A stretch of 64,000 nucleotides of DNA from Octopus vulgaris (lineage: Eukaryota), in NCBI GenBank assembly GCA_951406725.2, contig OX597831.1:59024001-59088000 (forward strand), in the 5' to 3' direction. The notes below the pieces were generated by a model. The model had not been told where the DNA came from. It worked only from the letters and a program-made list of their open reading frames with translations, and did no database searches. Both the position numbers and the translations under genes were made by a program. The first letter of the stretch is position 1. Every line of letters starts with the position of its first letter. Below are positions 37,275-50,776 of this stretch, piece by piece.

Positions 37275-38095
37275 ACACAGGAGGGAGGTCTGAAAAGTTC
37301 ATAGGTTGCATATGATGGAGTGATGCAAGAGCTGTGAAGTTTTGCATGCATTAATTTCGTCCTCCCTTATTAATAACTACACCGATATTTTTTTACAAAA
37401 AAACTGATATCTCACTGTTCAAAGTAGACTTTAAACGGAACTAGTTGAGAATATTCTACAGAATAAACTTTGCATTACGAAGGTTTCTGTTCGGTGGGTG
37501 CTACGTGTTTTGACGCCTGATCAATGGCGCACCAGGCTGATTACATCACCGTCAAATTTGACATCATCTGAAGCAGATCCAGCTGGACGGGTGTTCGGTT
37601 CATGATTTTGAGTCAGAGACAAAAAGTAATTCCTTATAGTGGAATCACTTCTTATCTGATCCAAAGAAGTCCAAAGGAAGTTGATGATCTCAGGGAAGGT
37701 GATTGTCTCAGTGCAATATATTTATTGACTATATTCAAAAGGCTACACTATCAATGGAGAGTACTATGCCAAAATGCTGAGGGAGTTACCTATCATCAGA
37801 AAACTGATGATAGGTGTCTCGTTTCATGAGGACCATGATCCAGCACACAGCCCCTTATTTTCGATGACTTCTGTTCTTGAATGTGGCTTTGAACTTCATG
37901 AACGCTTTCCTCATTCTCCAGATTTGGACCCATGTGATTATTATCTGCTCCTCAACATGAAATTAAAACATTGGCACACCGATGGGAGAAGTGTTTAGAC
38001 CGCAAGAAAGTTCTGTTGAAAAATAAACCTCATTTAGTCACATTACAGCACAGTATGTTGGACAAACTGTGAGGATCGGCTGAAAAGTTCTTAGT
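37275..38095 (+). mobile_element. Decayed mariner element
   Basis: FHEDHDPAH...CGFELHERFPHSPDLDPCDYYLL; IDYIQKGYTINGEYYAK; terminal motif gagggaggtctgaaaagttc. Confidence 0.8.
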
Positions 38096-38099
38096 ATTT

Positions 38100-38610
38100 C
38101 TCATGGAGTGTGACATAATAAAGTTTGTTTCTCAGCATATTCCCATTGCTTTTCGGATACTATTGGTGAAAAGGCTTTCCTCCTGTTGGAAAAAATAACA
38201 GTGATTAACGGAAAATATGGCGTCCTCATCTCTGAAATACTGGTTCCCAAACAAGTGATGGACACAACGCTTATCCTTGACTTAGGGAACTTGCCAAGAA
38301 AGCAGCTGGCCTCAAGCAATTTCTACTTTTCCCATGATTTGATCAGTTTGGTGAGCTTTCCATCAGGTGTCAGCAAAAGTGTCTTCCACAGGCAGGCATA
38401 CACAGTCGTCATGCCAAGTTCATAGTGCAGAATATCCTCCACTCTGTCACATGATATAACAGCAAGAGTGCAAATTTTGTCCATTTTCAAAATGAGTGAG
38501 AACTATTTAACTTAATTCTTATTTCAGCGGTCAGTTTACATTTAATAAGTCAATTGAGTTGTTAATAAGACGAATTGAAATTAATGCATGCAAAATTTCA
38601 TAGTCTGTCG
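38100..38610 (-). mobile_element. Decayed mariner 5' half, inverted relative to the previous copy
   Basis: gaaattaatgcatgcaaaatttcatag is the reverse complement of 37332-37358; minus-strand LLTPDGK and related N-terminal motifs. Confidence 0.6.
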
Positions 38611-38624
38611 ATGGCTAATCAGGC

Positions 38625-38792
38625 GGGGCGCAAACTCGGCTGTGCGGTAAGAAACTCGCTTCCCAACACAGAGTTCCGTGCTCAGTCCCACTGCGTGGCA
38701 ACTTGGGCAAGTGGTGTATTCTACTAAATCCTCGCGCCGACCAAATCCGTATGAGTGGAGTTGGAAGACAGAAATTGAAAGAAGCCTGTCGT
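38625..38792 (+). mobile_element. SINE family A 5' half
   Basis: ggctgtgcggtaagaa...ctcagtcccactgcgtggcaacttgggcaagt...gaaagaagcctgtcg. Confidence 0.8.
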
Positions 38793-38815
38793 ATATATAT
38801 ATATATATACATATA

Positions 38816-39798
38816 CTAGCATTATGACCCGTCGTTGCCGGGTCATAGTGCTAGTGTGCATGTATATATGTGTATATATATGTGTACATATTACATATAC
38901 ATCTATATATATACATCTACACATAAAATACAAAATACAAAGTTATATCTTGATATCGCTAGTGATAACAATACTCAAATTACATAACAGACTGGAATTG
39001 TAAGCCCGTCTCTTGCAATTTCGATCAATTGTATCTTGCCGTCCCTCTTGTATAGAAGTGTGGCTACAATCCAGCCTACCTTAACTTCGGTGGGGGGGGG
39101 GGGCATTTTAAATTTTTATCCGGCACGTCCTACGTCCCAGATATAAAGGTAAAAATAAAATATTTCCACTTTGCAAGTTCGAGTCGAGTACTCCCTTGCA
39201 CGCTCCATTGACCCGAACCTTGCTTCTATTGTGGCGAATTTACCGCCCCTGGTTAGATATCTTTCATAGTCGCACCAAGACGCTTTTCGATGGTGCTTTC
39301 CTCCATGTGTTCAAATCTTCTTTTTTCTCTACATTGTATACTTTATAGACAATTGTCTTTTCTTTAATTTAATTTTATTTTAAATTTATTTCCATTAATG
39401 TGAAACCACTTATTTAAGTTCAAGTCATTGATGCAATTTTATACCAATTGCTATTTTTACTTTTGTTATGTTATGATTATATTATACTTTAGTTTGATTT
39501 TAATTATTACTTACTACATATAATTCAATTGTTATTATTATTTTTATTGTTAAAGTGAAAGTATCTGACATAAAATAGAGAAATGTTTTTGTTTCACTTT
39601 TAACACGTAATACTGAAATAGTGTAGAAGATATGATATTGCTATGGGCTCACTCTAGGCAAGAAGTTGAACGTTTTTTTGCCCATGAAACTACATGGACC
39701 GTAAGTAAGGCATGTGTAAAATTTGAATGAAATTGGTTGTGTAGTTCTCAAGTTTTATGGAAACACACAGACACATTCTCAGTTTTATATATAGAGAG

Positions 39799-39799
<1 letters not shown>
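38816..39799 (-). mobile_element. Non-autonomous Helitron
   Basis: Minus strand starts TCTCTCTATATATAAA and ends ggcaacgacgggtcataatgCTAG-t; homologous to 59820-60620. Confidence 0.75.
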
Positions 39800-39851
<52 letters not shown>

Positions 39852-40227
39852 TGTGGAAGAAACTTTTTTTCTCTAAATTACACTCTCTGTGAATGGGATT
39901 AAGACCATTTGACATTGACCTAGTTTCTCTAACCAAATAGCAGTAATTGGCATTTGTTAGTGACAATTGCTGTCTTCAACATGAATTTCTTTGATGGTGT
40001 TCTGAAACCTCCTTTACCCAATTTCTACAATTAAAAAATCTTTATTACTACTAACCTTATAGCAGTTAGGAATACCCATATCTTGGTCAGTCAGTGGAAG
40101 GAATTCACTACTTCATATGTTCTTAAAATTTAAATCTACATCTTTGTCTCTTTGTCTGTATATCTACCTTCTCTATAATGTTGCCACTTCATTTGAAAAC
40201 TTTTGTATTAATGGAAAACCTCTATAA

Positions 40228-40313
40228 TTGGCTGATGAGTACTCAGCATCTTAAATCTGTTGTAATACTTGCAACATTTAATAAAATGATGTAGTACAAA
40301 ACGATTGTACCAA
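40228..40313 (+). ncRNA. Type-I hammerhead with G12>A decay
   Basis: ttgg-CTGATGA-gtact...agtac-AAAA-cgattg-TA-ccaa. Confidence 0.7.
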
Positions 40314-40465
40314 AATACCGGATTCATTCTTGTTGCTTATCTTGATTATAATCACCCCACAAATTTTTATGGATAACACCATACACAATTCTGGTGATAA
40401 AACTCAATATTAATTCAATGTTGGGGGATTAATCGATGAGGGCATTCTACTTCAGATAATGCAAA

Positions 40466-41210
40466 GATAAGCTAATGATTATATCAGACAGTAACCTCGT
40501 GGTATCAGTTTGTTCATCATGAAATAATACTTAAAGGATATAAATAAAATTACCAGCAGGGTATATAATAAACTTCATTAATTATAGCCTACTTTAGTTA
40601 ATACTTATATTTATAAAATATCAAGATTATGTCAAATACAGAATGTGAGATATAAGATAAACCATCAGTATAAAAATGTCTGCGTGTAAATGTAATATAT
40701 AACAAGAATTCCGTATTTGACATATACTTGATTTTGCATGATTGATATATATATATATATACTAATTTATATTTAAAATGTACAATTTATAATTTCTAAT
40801 TCTTAATATTACAAAGTATAATTTTTATTCTTAATTTTTAATTCCCAATTTTTTATCTTTAATGCTTAATTGTATTGCTTATTTTTAAAGGGATGTAAAA
40901 TTAAATATATAATATTTTGAAATAGAACCTGATGTTGTGTTGGAATAATTGTAAATCTGACGATTGCATATATGTAGTTATATATGTATACATATAGGTG
41001 TATATGTATATATATTGTAATCTTCTAATACTGAAACACATGTAGCTCCTTCATATTTTATAAATATAAGTATTAACTAAAGAAGGATATAATTAATTAA
41101 GTATATTATATACCCTGCTGGTAATTTTCGTTATATCCTTTAAGTATTATTTTGTGATGTGCAAACTGATACCATCAGTTTATTGTAAGATATACTCATT
41201 AGGTTATTTT
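40466..41210. mobile_element. Older fold-back module, arms about 40466-40586 / 41088-41210, containing a decayed hammerhead
   Basis: ggtatcagtttg...aattaccagcagggtatataata versus tattatataccctgctggtaatt...caaactgatacc; inner short inverted repeat about 40620-40645 / 40708-40732. Confidence 0.75.
40925..41048 (+). ncRNA. Degenerate hammerhead with expanded loop II
   Basis: gaac-CTGATGT-tgtgttggaa...ttctaatact-GAAA-cacatg-TA-gctc. Confidence 0.5.
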
Positions 41211-41219
41211 TGTATTATA

Positions 41220-41575
41220 AATAATAATAATAATAATTGTGTACAGTGCTCAGGTGCACTACAACTCATCTAAAGTGTATAGATAATCAGGTGTAGTTTC
41301 GGCGGATTTCGGAAAGCACGAGGGCCTTAAAAATGCAGTGTCATGGCAGTCAACAACTGACGCAGGCAATTTATTCCATGCTTCAGCAACTCTGAGCGTG
41401 AAAAAATGTTTCCGAAAGTCATGGGAGCTGTATTGTTTTCTGACTTTGTAGGCATGTCCACGTGTGTTAGACACATGGAGATCAAAAAGGTGTTCAGTGT
41501 TGTTGTTGGTGAGGTGGATGATAACTTTGTGGGTGTTTACCAAGTCCGTCGCCAAACGCCGGAGCTTCAGTCTGA
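41220..41575 (-). mobile_element. CR1-type LINE 3' end
   Basis: NTRGHAYKVRKQYSSHDFRKHFFTLRVAEAWNKLP; tail gtgcacctgagcactgtacacaa(tta)n; a 3' remnant also lies at 61866-61900 (+). Confidence 0.92.
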
Positions 41576-41665
41576 AATATAATACTCGCATATCGATTAA
41601 TCCACAAAAAATGAATTGAATAAATGCACACACACACATAAATACATACATACATACATACATGC

Positions 41666-41710
<45 letters not shown>

Positions 41711-41759
41711 TAGATATGTATATATACTTGTGTGTGTGTGTGTTTGTGTGTATGTATAT

Positions 41760-41960
41760 TTTCTTTTATTTGTTTCAGTTATTTGACTGCAGTCATGCTG
41801 GAGCACCGCCTTTCGTCCAAAAAATCGACTCCATGAATTATTCTTTGTAAGTCTAGTACTTATTCTATCTGGCTCTTTTGCCGACCTGCTAAGTTACGGG
41901 GTCGTAAACACACCAACATCGGTTGTGAAGCGATTGTGGGGGAGACAAACACAGACACAC
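41760..41960 (-). mobile_element. SINE family A 3' half
   Basis: Similar to 19785-19980. Confidence 0.85.
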
Positions 41961-41991
41961 AGATACATATATATATATATTATGTGTGTAT

Positions 41992-42365
41992 CTCTCTCTA
42001 TATAAACGGCAGTTTGTCTGTCTGTGTGTCTGTGTGTCTGTCAGGTTGTACCCTCACCCTGACCACGGCTTTCAACCGATTCTGATGAAACTTGACACAC
42101 ACATAGCCCAATGTCATGATTCAAAACTAACGCAGCGAAAATTTTGAAAAGTTCCCTCAGTTCTGAAAAACATCGATAAATTTGACATGGGGTCGAGAAT
42201 CAGAAACACAAACCACAGACTGTCTAGGGGACGCAACTCGACCTTTTTTTACTAAAAAAAAATTTACCATCGTTTTTTTCCATTTTTTTGCTATTTTTTC
42301 TTTGCTAAAAATACTTTATAGTTATTTCCCTTACAAACCCGAGCAACGCCGGGTGATACTGCTAG
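41992..42365 (+). mobile_element. Complete non-autonomous Helitron
   Basis: 5' TC (tctctctatataaa), (tgtc)n, 3' hairpin acccgagcaacgccgggt followed by CTAG then T; no TSD. Confidence 0.85.
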
Positions 42366-43294
42366 TATATATATACATGTGTCTGTGTATGCGTGTGTGA
42401 GTGTGTGAGCTTGTGTGTATGTATCTCACTTGATCAATTTCACATAATCACTAATAGAAACTCACAATATATTTGTGTTTGAACCTATGTGAGAACCTAT
42501 GTGATAGATGTATGTGGATGTATGCTATCAAAGAGGTAAAAATCATAGGTGCTGATAAAATATTTAGAAGCGTCTAGAAATGTTATTCATCTGAAAAATG
42601 TACATAGCTTTTGGATGTAATCATTATAACAGGAAAAAAAACGTTTGTTATAATGTATATAATTAGAAAATAGATTGTATTAAGGCAAGATTTAATCATT
42701 TTTTTCGCAATGTCTATGTTTTAACTGTACAAATTTTTCGAACATTGTTTCAACAAAACAATAATTTTCTCTGTTAAGAAATCATAAAATCTTTTTTTAC
42801 AATTTCCAAAAGTCTGAATGGATATCATTTAGTAACTATATCTTATATTGCTTTTAAAAGCAGTTCTTTCTGTTTTTTGGGGGTTTTTTCAGAAATATCT
42901 TGGATAGAAGTGCGATAATATTCTTTTCCAAAATATATGATGGTGTTCAGTTATCCTTCAAATCTTCAGATTCCTGCTAAAAACATCTGAAAAAACATTC
43001 ATTTAATTTTTCATTTTCGAATGTCGCCTCTGATTTCAGCAATCCGCCAATAAGATTTACTATTTCGAGTATGAATTAGTGAGAGTGAGCCTACCGATTC
43101 GCATAAGCTAAAAGAAACTGCAAACGCATTTTCCTCAAAAACATCTTGAATGGGTGCGGGGAGCATAATAGGCGTAGGTGTGGCTGTGCTGTAAGAAGCT
43201 TGCTTCCCATCCTCATAGATTCGTGCCCCGTCCTCCCTTGGACAAATGACTTCTACTATAATCTCGTGTTTGAATCTGGAACAACCCCATGGTG

Positions 43295-43342
<48 letters not shown>

Positions 43343-43348
<6 letters not shown>

Positions 43349-43584
43349 ATAAGATCGTTAATTTAAAATAAAATAACGATTTTATCAAGTGGTCAGCATG
43401 GAAAAAATAACCTTCAAAGGTAATATCTATTTGAATTACAAATTAGGTTACCTACGAGATACCACCATGCTGAAAATAGCAGCCATGATCTGGCTCTAAA
43501 ACCAATTAAGGTGGTTTTAGAGCCTGATCATGGCTGCTATTTTCAGCATAGTGGTAATCTCGTAGATACCCTAATTTATAATTT

Positions 43585-43586
<2 letters not shown>
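43343..43586. mobile_element. Fold-back module: 71-bp-arm hairpin 43434-43504 / 43512-43582 plus a 90-bp unpaired terminus
   Basis: Near-perfect stem with 7-nt loop; (TA)n on both sides. Confidence 0.85.
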
Positions 43587-43616
<30 letters not shown>

Positions 43617-46332
43617 CATTTGTGTGTGTGTGTGTGTGTGTGTGCTTCTGTTTGTCCCCACTACCTCTTGACTACCAGTATTTTTCTTGTCTACGTAATG
43701 CGGTTGATTTATTCGATTAAAAATTGTTCCAGGCTGTACTCCAGGATGGCCGCTCTTTAATGACCGAAACAAGTGGAAGATAAAAGTTAACATTCCAGAA
43801 ACCAGGACCAGAGGAGGTTTGTGCAAATACAACTTTTGATACACAAAATTCCTTTCTTAGTTTACAGAAATCCTACGTACTATATAACTCACACGATATC
43901 TGGAGCTAATATTTGAAAAAAAAAACTATGAAATAGTGTCTGATGCAGAGTTTGAGAAATATCCACTCACAATCAGTCTAACAACGCCAGGAAATAACAG
44001 AATATAGAATGATATATTTTAAAATCCTTGTTAACACTGTCAAATACCCCATTTCTTGAAATGACAAATGTATTAAAGCTTTTAATCTTAGTTAAAATAG
44101 TATTCAGAAACCTTTCTTTATAAAAATATCATCGTTTCATCAATAACATCTATTACATTTTCTCCATCGACAGCAAGAAATAGCTACTCCATTCGCCGCT
44201 ATCTGTTTGCACAAATAATATTCAGTATCAAATAGACTGTCTGTCTGCGAAGAATATGTAATGAACAATAACAGATCTATTAGAATTTATATTTTTCCCG
44301 AAAAATACAATTCAGATATCAATTCACTTCTATCTACAACAACTCTTCATACTGCATACTTCCAAAGGTATTTTTTCATGCATGGACAAAAAAGAAACTC
44401 ACACCCTACTATAATTAACCAGGCATATCTTGTGCATTCCGACAATGCATGGATATAATAAATGTGATTCTACACCAGGCTCTTATTTAAACTATATCCT
44501 GCCAGATTCTGGTAGAAAAGAAGCCTTAGGTCTAATACATCATTGAAACAAGAAATAAACCTAGCTCAAATATCAGCCCTTCATTAGCTAATTAGCACAT
44601 TTGTTAATGTCGTCCGAAAATTGATGACTTAAATTCAGGTTGGTCTAGGCTGCAACGCCGATGAACCTAGATTTGATTGATCAAATTTAAGTAGAAGATA
44701 TATATTGCACGCCAGCCCTACATAGTCATCTAATTATTTTGCAACAATCCACAATAAATTAGAAAATACGCCAGAAGTGCATAAGTTACTACGACACAAG
44801 TTGTATACTTATAACATCTTCATAACATTCACAAATATAAACAAAACTTTTAATTATGGAAAACGGTTTGAACATGTAAAATGCATAGTTTTTGGCACAA
44901 CAACCTACACTGAAATAGACACATATAATATCCAAGAGGATTACATCTATTAAAATATATGAAGCAACACTATCTATCGAACAATACAAACAGTTTATTT
45001 AGACTACTAGCAATTCTCCATCTTACTGTACCTGGCCAAGCTTTTGCAATAGCAACTACTACCCTCTACGGGCAAGCAAAAACAGGCTGGGTCTTAACAA
45101 GTCAGCAATATAAGCATATGACAAACTCTACACTAAAACCTGTATCGCGTCATTTAGAATTGTGTAGTATGCTATTTAGCTTTTCCTCCACCGTTTTCTG
45201 GCGTGTGTAGAACTCGTTGATTAGACCTGAAAGGTGGATATGTTAGAGCGGAATGTTTTAAGGACATTAAATTAATTCTGCAAAATTAATTAAAAACTTT
45301 GGTTTCTTGTGATTATTGTACAGTCAATAAATGAGTGGGAAAAGAAAATGGAGTATACCCATTCAAGAAATTTTGGAAGAGAGATCCTTCTGTTTCATTT
45401 CAACTATTTGAATTTTTAATGAAAATATTCTCTCATTTTTAATATTGTTTTGGTGTTTCTTTCTTGAGTACTCTGGAGTTTTCCCTATAAAGTGAAATTA
45501 TCAGACATCACAATTTTTATTTATGCATGCATGTGTGCGTATATACATGTATGTGTGTAATATCCGTATGTGTACGGATGTATGTGTGTACATATGTCTA
45601 TATGTGTATAAAGTGTATATATCTTCTATAATATAAATTGGACATTGGCGATCGGTGTATTCTTTCTTGTCTTCAGGTTCACAGTCAAAGGGCCGGATGG
45701 ATTCGCCTGAAAAATGGCATACATGTGGATACGGGTGCATAGATTGGTATTTGTTTCCTAGACCCCATAGTTACTGAGAAAATCGATTAAAACTTTTCTA
45801 ATGGAATTCTCCTGTTTGTTCCGCCATTAAAACAGTCAGTTGCTCACACAGCCGGTATATACCATTTCGCTAGCAATAAGGGGAGTACATGATGACAGTT
45901 AAGCAAAACTTTCGCTATGATGTATCTCTTTTTTCACATCTGGGGTTAATAATCTTAATCTTTAGTTACAGTTACTCATTAAAACTACATAATAGGCAGA
46001 ATTGTGGGCGACCCTGTATTAGCCTGTTAATTATCAAACAAGCTGGAATCCTTGAAACAACTAATCTTGTTGACAGTGTTATGAATTCAACATGCTCTTT
46101 TTCTTCATCTCTCCTTGTTGCTTTCTCTCCCTACACACTCTCTCTATGTAAATAATTTCTCAAATACACACGCAGTCCATCTTAGAAGCTCTAGTCTCTG
46201 AGGCATTGTATCAGAGATGTAGGTGAATGAACTTTAATGCATAATCTCCGTTTATTTTGCCATTTAGTTAAGTTCATATTATGGTCTGTACTTTTTTGTA
46301 ACACACACACAAAAGGAATGGGTTTGTGTTTA

Positions 46333-46396
<64 letters not shown>

Positions 46397-46770
46397 AGTT
46401 GCCACAAGTTCGAACGGAGGTATCGTCTATGGTGTGTCGGATCCACTTAACTTCTAGTGAATATACCGAGACATTAGATAATTCAGTGTCCTACTCATAC
46501 TTGTCAAGCATGCATTTTAGTGACAAATATATAAAAAGCTCAATTGCCATGTCTACATATTATTATATTAAAATTGGTCTACTTCCTCTAAAGTTGACAT
46601 GCCTAATCTATAACATCTATGACGGCATGATAGCATGATGTATGATTTAGAATTGGTTTTAATGTTTGTATGTTATAAATCAATAATATGCATGAAATCA
46701 CTATCTTCAAAATATATATTCGTCTATAATATTGGAATGAATGAATTTACCCGAAAGAGCTTATTATATC

Positions 46771-46774
<4 letters not shown>

Positions 46775-46814
<40 letters not shown>

Positions 46815-46872
46815 TATGTATATATATATATATACATATATATATCTGTATATATGCATATGTGTATATATG

Positions 46873-46914
<42 letters not shown>

Positions 46915-46987
46915 TATATATGCATATGTGTATATATGCATGTATATATATATATATATATATATACAGGCATATGTGTATATATGC

Positions 46988-47027
<40 letters not shown>
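46775..47027. repeat. (TA)n/(TATG) microsatellite
   Basis: Direct inspection. Confidence 0.95.
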
Positions 47028-47029
<2 letters not shown>

Positions 47030-47514
47030 TTGTTGAATTATATTTACAAACAAATACCATATATTGCATGAGCGTTAATCGTTTCGGGGCGTTTCAAAGA
47101 TTATCACGAAAATATTTTTGTTCTATGATAGATGGTCTGTATAATTTATAGAAACACGTTATATCGTACAACTCTGTGTCACAAAAGATAGCAATATGTA
47201 AAAAGTTATTGCACGCGAGCACAAGCGTGTGTACGTGAGCGTGTGTATTCGTATGGCCTTTTCGAAATAGCTGAAAATCTCACTAATTCTTAACTTGAAT
47301 ATTAGAACAAGGTACAGAAAATATCTTAAACAGCGGTAACAAAATATTATGATCAAGTCTCAATGCTTACGATCATCTATGCTGAGAAGTAAAAATTGAA
47401 CTTCATTTCGGAGTTGTAAAAAAATAACTATAACAGCAGCAGCATCACCGCCAGCACCACAACGCCACCACTACCAGCACCACAACGCCACCACTACCAG
47501 CAACAACAACAGTA

Positions 47515-47782
47515 GTGGAGGCACGATGGCCCAGTTGTTAGGGCAGTGGACTGAAGCTCAACGAGGCTCTGGCAGGGGGCGGTGGCGATCCCTGTTGTAC
47601 TCTTTCGCCCCAACTTTCTCTCACTCTTTCTTCCTGTTTCATGTCCCCCCGACTTCCTACGCAACCGCTGAGTCTGGATGCGCATTCATCCATCCGTCGA
47701 TGCTCCCGGTGTCGGGGGTTGACCTGCTTTTTCTTCTGCGGGTCTTACGAATAGCAAAAGACCACGTTTCGAACTTCTTCCA
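47515..47782 (+). mobile_element. SINE family C variant inserted in a (CAG/CAA/CAC) tract
   Basis: tggcccagttgttagggcag head; core ggctctggcaggggg...gatccctgttgtactctttc. Confidence 0.75.
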
Positions 47783-48035
47783 TCTCAACAGCAACTGCAT
47801 CAACAGCAACAGCAACTACAGCAACAATTGTATCAGTGAGCACAGTTTACAAAATCACGTTGTGTAAATTTATCACATTCATCTTCTTTTCTTTACGTAA
47901 ATATTATTGCCAACTGATCGGTTGGATTTATTGATAAAGCATATTATATTGATGAGTTAAATAGAGCAAGATATAGCCATACTTTTCTTTAATATGTAGA
48001 AACAAAAATTTCACGTGCCATTCCTAAGCTTATAT

Positions 48036-48345
48036 CTATTTCTTTACTACCCACAAGGGGCCAAACACAGAGAGGACAAACAAGGATAGACACACGGATT
48101 AAGTCGATTACATCGACCCCAGTGTGTAACTGTTACTTATTTAATCGACCCCGATAGGATGAAAGGCAAAGTCTACCTCGGCGGAATTTGAATGTACTCA
48201 GAATGTAGCGGCAGACGAAATACCTATTTCTTTACTACCCACAAGGGGCTAAACACAGAGGGGACAAACAAGGACAGACATACGGCAGACGAAATACGGC
48301 TACGCCTTTCGCCCGGCGTGCTAACGTTTCTGCCAGCTCACCGCT
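48036..48345 (-). mobile_element. tRNA-derived SINE family E (Meta-like domain) with a nested copy of its own 3' end
   Basis: Minus strand ccgaggtagactttgcctttcatcctatcggggtcgat; reverse complement of 49014-49231. Confidence 0.88.
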
Positions 48346-48827
48346 AATATATTCATTTCAAGAGGTAAATATATTTTAATTAAATTATTTACACCTCTTT
48401 GGGAATTGCTAAGAATTGCCTCTACAATTTTCGCTCTAAAGTTAAACTAATGATGCTTGTGAATTTACAATTTATATTTCCATAAAGGCTACGGTGCCTC
48501 TCCACATACACTAAATATCCGCATCCATGCATTCAGCTGGAATTGGCTCCTATTGATTTGTTAAAAAAATAAATAATAGTAATATTTAATGTTCTGGATG
48601 TTTTCCATAGTTTCTATATTATCTTGTATGTTTGCAATATGACAGATGAAAATAGATTAAACTTAATTATAGTCACTTGTTAAAAGTTATTTTGAAAAAT
48701 TACCACACTTGAAATTCTTCACTAATCATTTTCCTTGTTTAATGTAATTTTACAATGTACGGGTAATTTTGGAAAACTTTAAAGTTAAAAAACAACTTGA
48801 AATATTGCTTCTAATAGCAATCCATTC

Positions 48828-49445
48828 GTGGCACTGTGGCGAGCAGTTTCCTTCCCACCCATATGGTTCTGGTTTTAGTCGTTGTGAGAGGCAATTTGGG
48901 AAAATGTTTTCTCCTATAACCCCGGGCTGATTAAAGAATTGTGAGTGTATTTGATAGACGTAGACGGAAAGATTCCCGTCATATATGTGTATGCATCTAT
49001 GTGCGTGTGTTTGGAAGGCGGCGAGCTGGCAGAAACGTTAGCGCACCGGGCGAAATGCTTAGCGGTATTTCGTCTGTCGTACGTGCTGAGATCAAATTCC
49101 GCCGAGGTCGACTTCGCCTTTCATCCTTTCAGCGTCGATAAATAAAATACCAGTTTCGCACTGGGGTCGATGTAATCGACTTAATCCCTTTGTCTGTCCT
49201 TGTTTGTCCCCTCTTGTGGGCAGTAAAGAAATATGTGCGTGTGTTTGTGTTTACGTCGTACCCCATCAAACGGTGCTGGTGTTTACGTACCTGTAACGGA
49301 GCGGTTCGGCAAAGATATAGCTAGAATAAGTAGCAGACTTAAGCAAGAATACTGGGGTCGATTTGTTCGAATAACATTCTTCAAATGCATTGTTGCAGCA
49401 TAACTGCAATCTAATGACGCAAACAAGCAGAAGATAAAAAGAAAA
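48828..49445 (+). mobile_element. Old SINE family A, interrupted by a family E SINE
   Basis: Head 48828-48980, tail 49260-49445. Confidence 0.75.
49014..49231 (+). mobile_element. tRNA-derived SINE family E with 16-bp TSD
   Basis: TSD tatgtgcgtgtgtttg at 48998-49013 and 49232-49247. Confidence 0.92.
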
Positions 49446-50499
49446 GACACGTTCACGGTTGTTTTATAGTTGCAAGTTTATAGCAGCTATTCAAGGAAGA
49501 CTAATAATTACGAAATGAATATTGGAATATTTTGCAAACATTATATCTGAAATATATTTAGAAATCTTTGAAGCATGATATTCGATAAAAAAAAAGTGCA
49601 ATAATAGAAATAGGGAAATTTTAATATATAAGCTCATGATGGCAAACATATGGTGAAAACAAGATTGATAGCTTAGATCAACTTCGATAGAACGTGAATG
49701 TGTAAATATACCCTCAATCTTATCTTGAAATTCTATACCTAAAACCATGCCAAATATAGATATAACAAACAGGGTTAACATTTCCATCAATACATTGTGA
49801 TTAATGGAAGAAAAGTATCAAATCCAGTAAAACATTAAGATGATTATATGCTATATTTGGTTTCTTGAAACGATAAGTAACACTTCTACAGCATACACGT
49901 AACAGCAAATATTTTAGCTAGAAGCCGGCAATACTCCAAAAGAAAAAAATTCCGACTAACTTAGTGTAGTTAACAATTTGCTTTAAAATATTTTACAATG
50001 TAGCTTAACCTTTCGACATGTGAATTACTTGGCGCTTCAGCTGAATATCAATAGGGTCGTACAGAACACTAGTTTTCTATAACCTCCAATTACAGGGGTT
50101 GTAGAAGTAAATTACTGAAAACATAACATACAATTCTTAAAATAGCTATTATAGAAGTGTACAATCGATATTTCAGCATCAAGATTGTTATCAAGAGACA
50201 AGATAATGAATCTGATACATTTAAAATCATGCCAAATGTGATGGTAGACTAATATTTTAAACGTGATAGTACATTACTTAATATGTTGACATCAGAACTG
50301 TAAATCAATGAGTCTGTTAAGCAATTCTGTTAACAAATGCAATGAATTATTAAACATGCTCACAACATCCTTTTCTCCTTTCTCTTCTATATTTGCTGCA
50401 TCTTCGCAGTTCTTTTAATCACAATTAGTTTTTTATAAGTGAAAGCAAAATAAATGCTGCTGAATGTTTGGTTCTTTTACACATTTTTTTACACGTGCC

Positions 50500-50728
50500 T
50501 CAATCCACTCAGCTGGCAAATGTGAGTAGTAACTGTGTGACAAAGGACAAGTCTTGTAACATTCTGTGCCACTCTGAATCACTCCGGGAACTACGTTAAA
50601 GGTAGGCATGTCTGTGGATCGCTCAACCTCTTGCACCTTAATTTCACGAGTAAGCTGTTCCGAAGGAATGGCAGTTGTATAGATATACATATACTTATAT
50701 ATATGCGTGTGTGTGTGTGTGTATGTGT

Positions 50729-50776
<48 letters not shown>

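Noticed and set aside
42082-42095. CTGATGAAAC hammerhead-like string
   Set aside because: No stems; an internal motif of the Helitron repeat.
43960-45210. A/C-rich stretch, possibly an ancient PLE
   Set aside because: Only vague motif traces; cannot be supported by eye.
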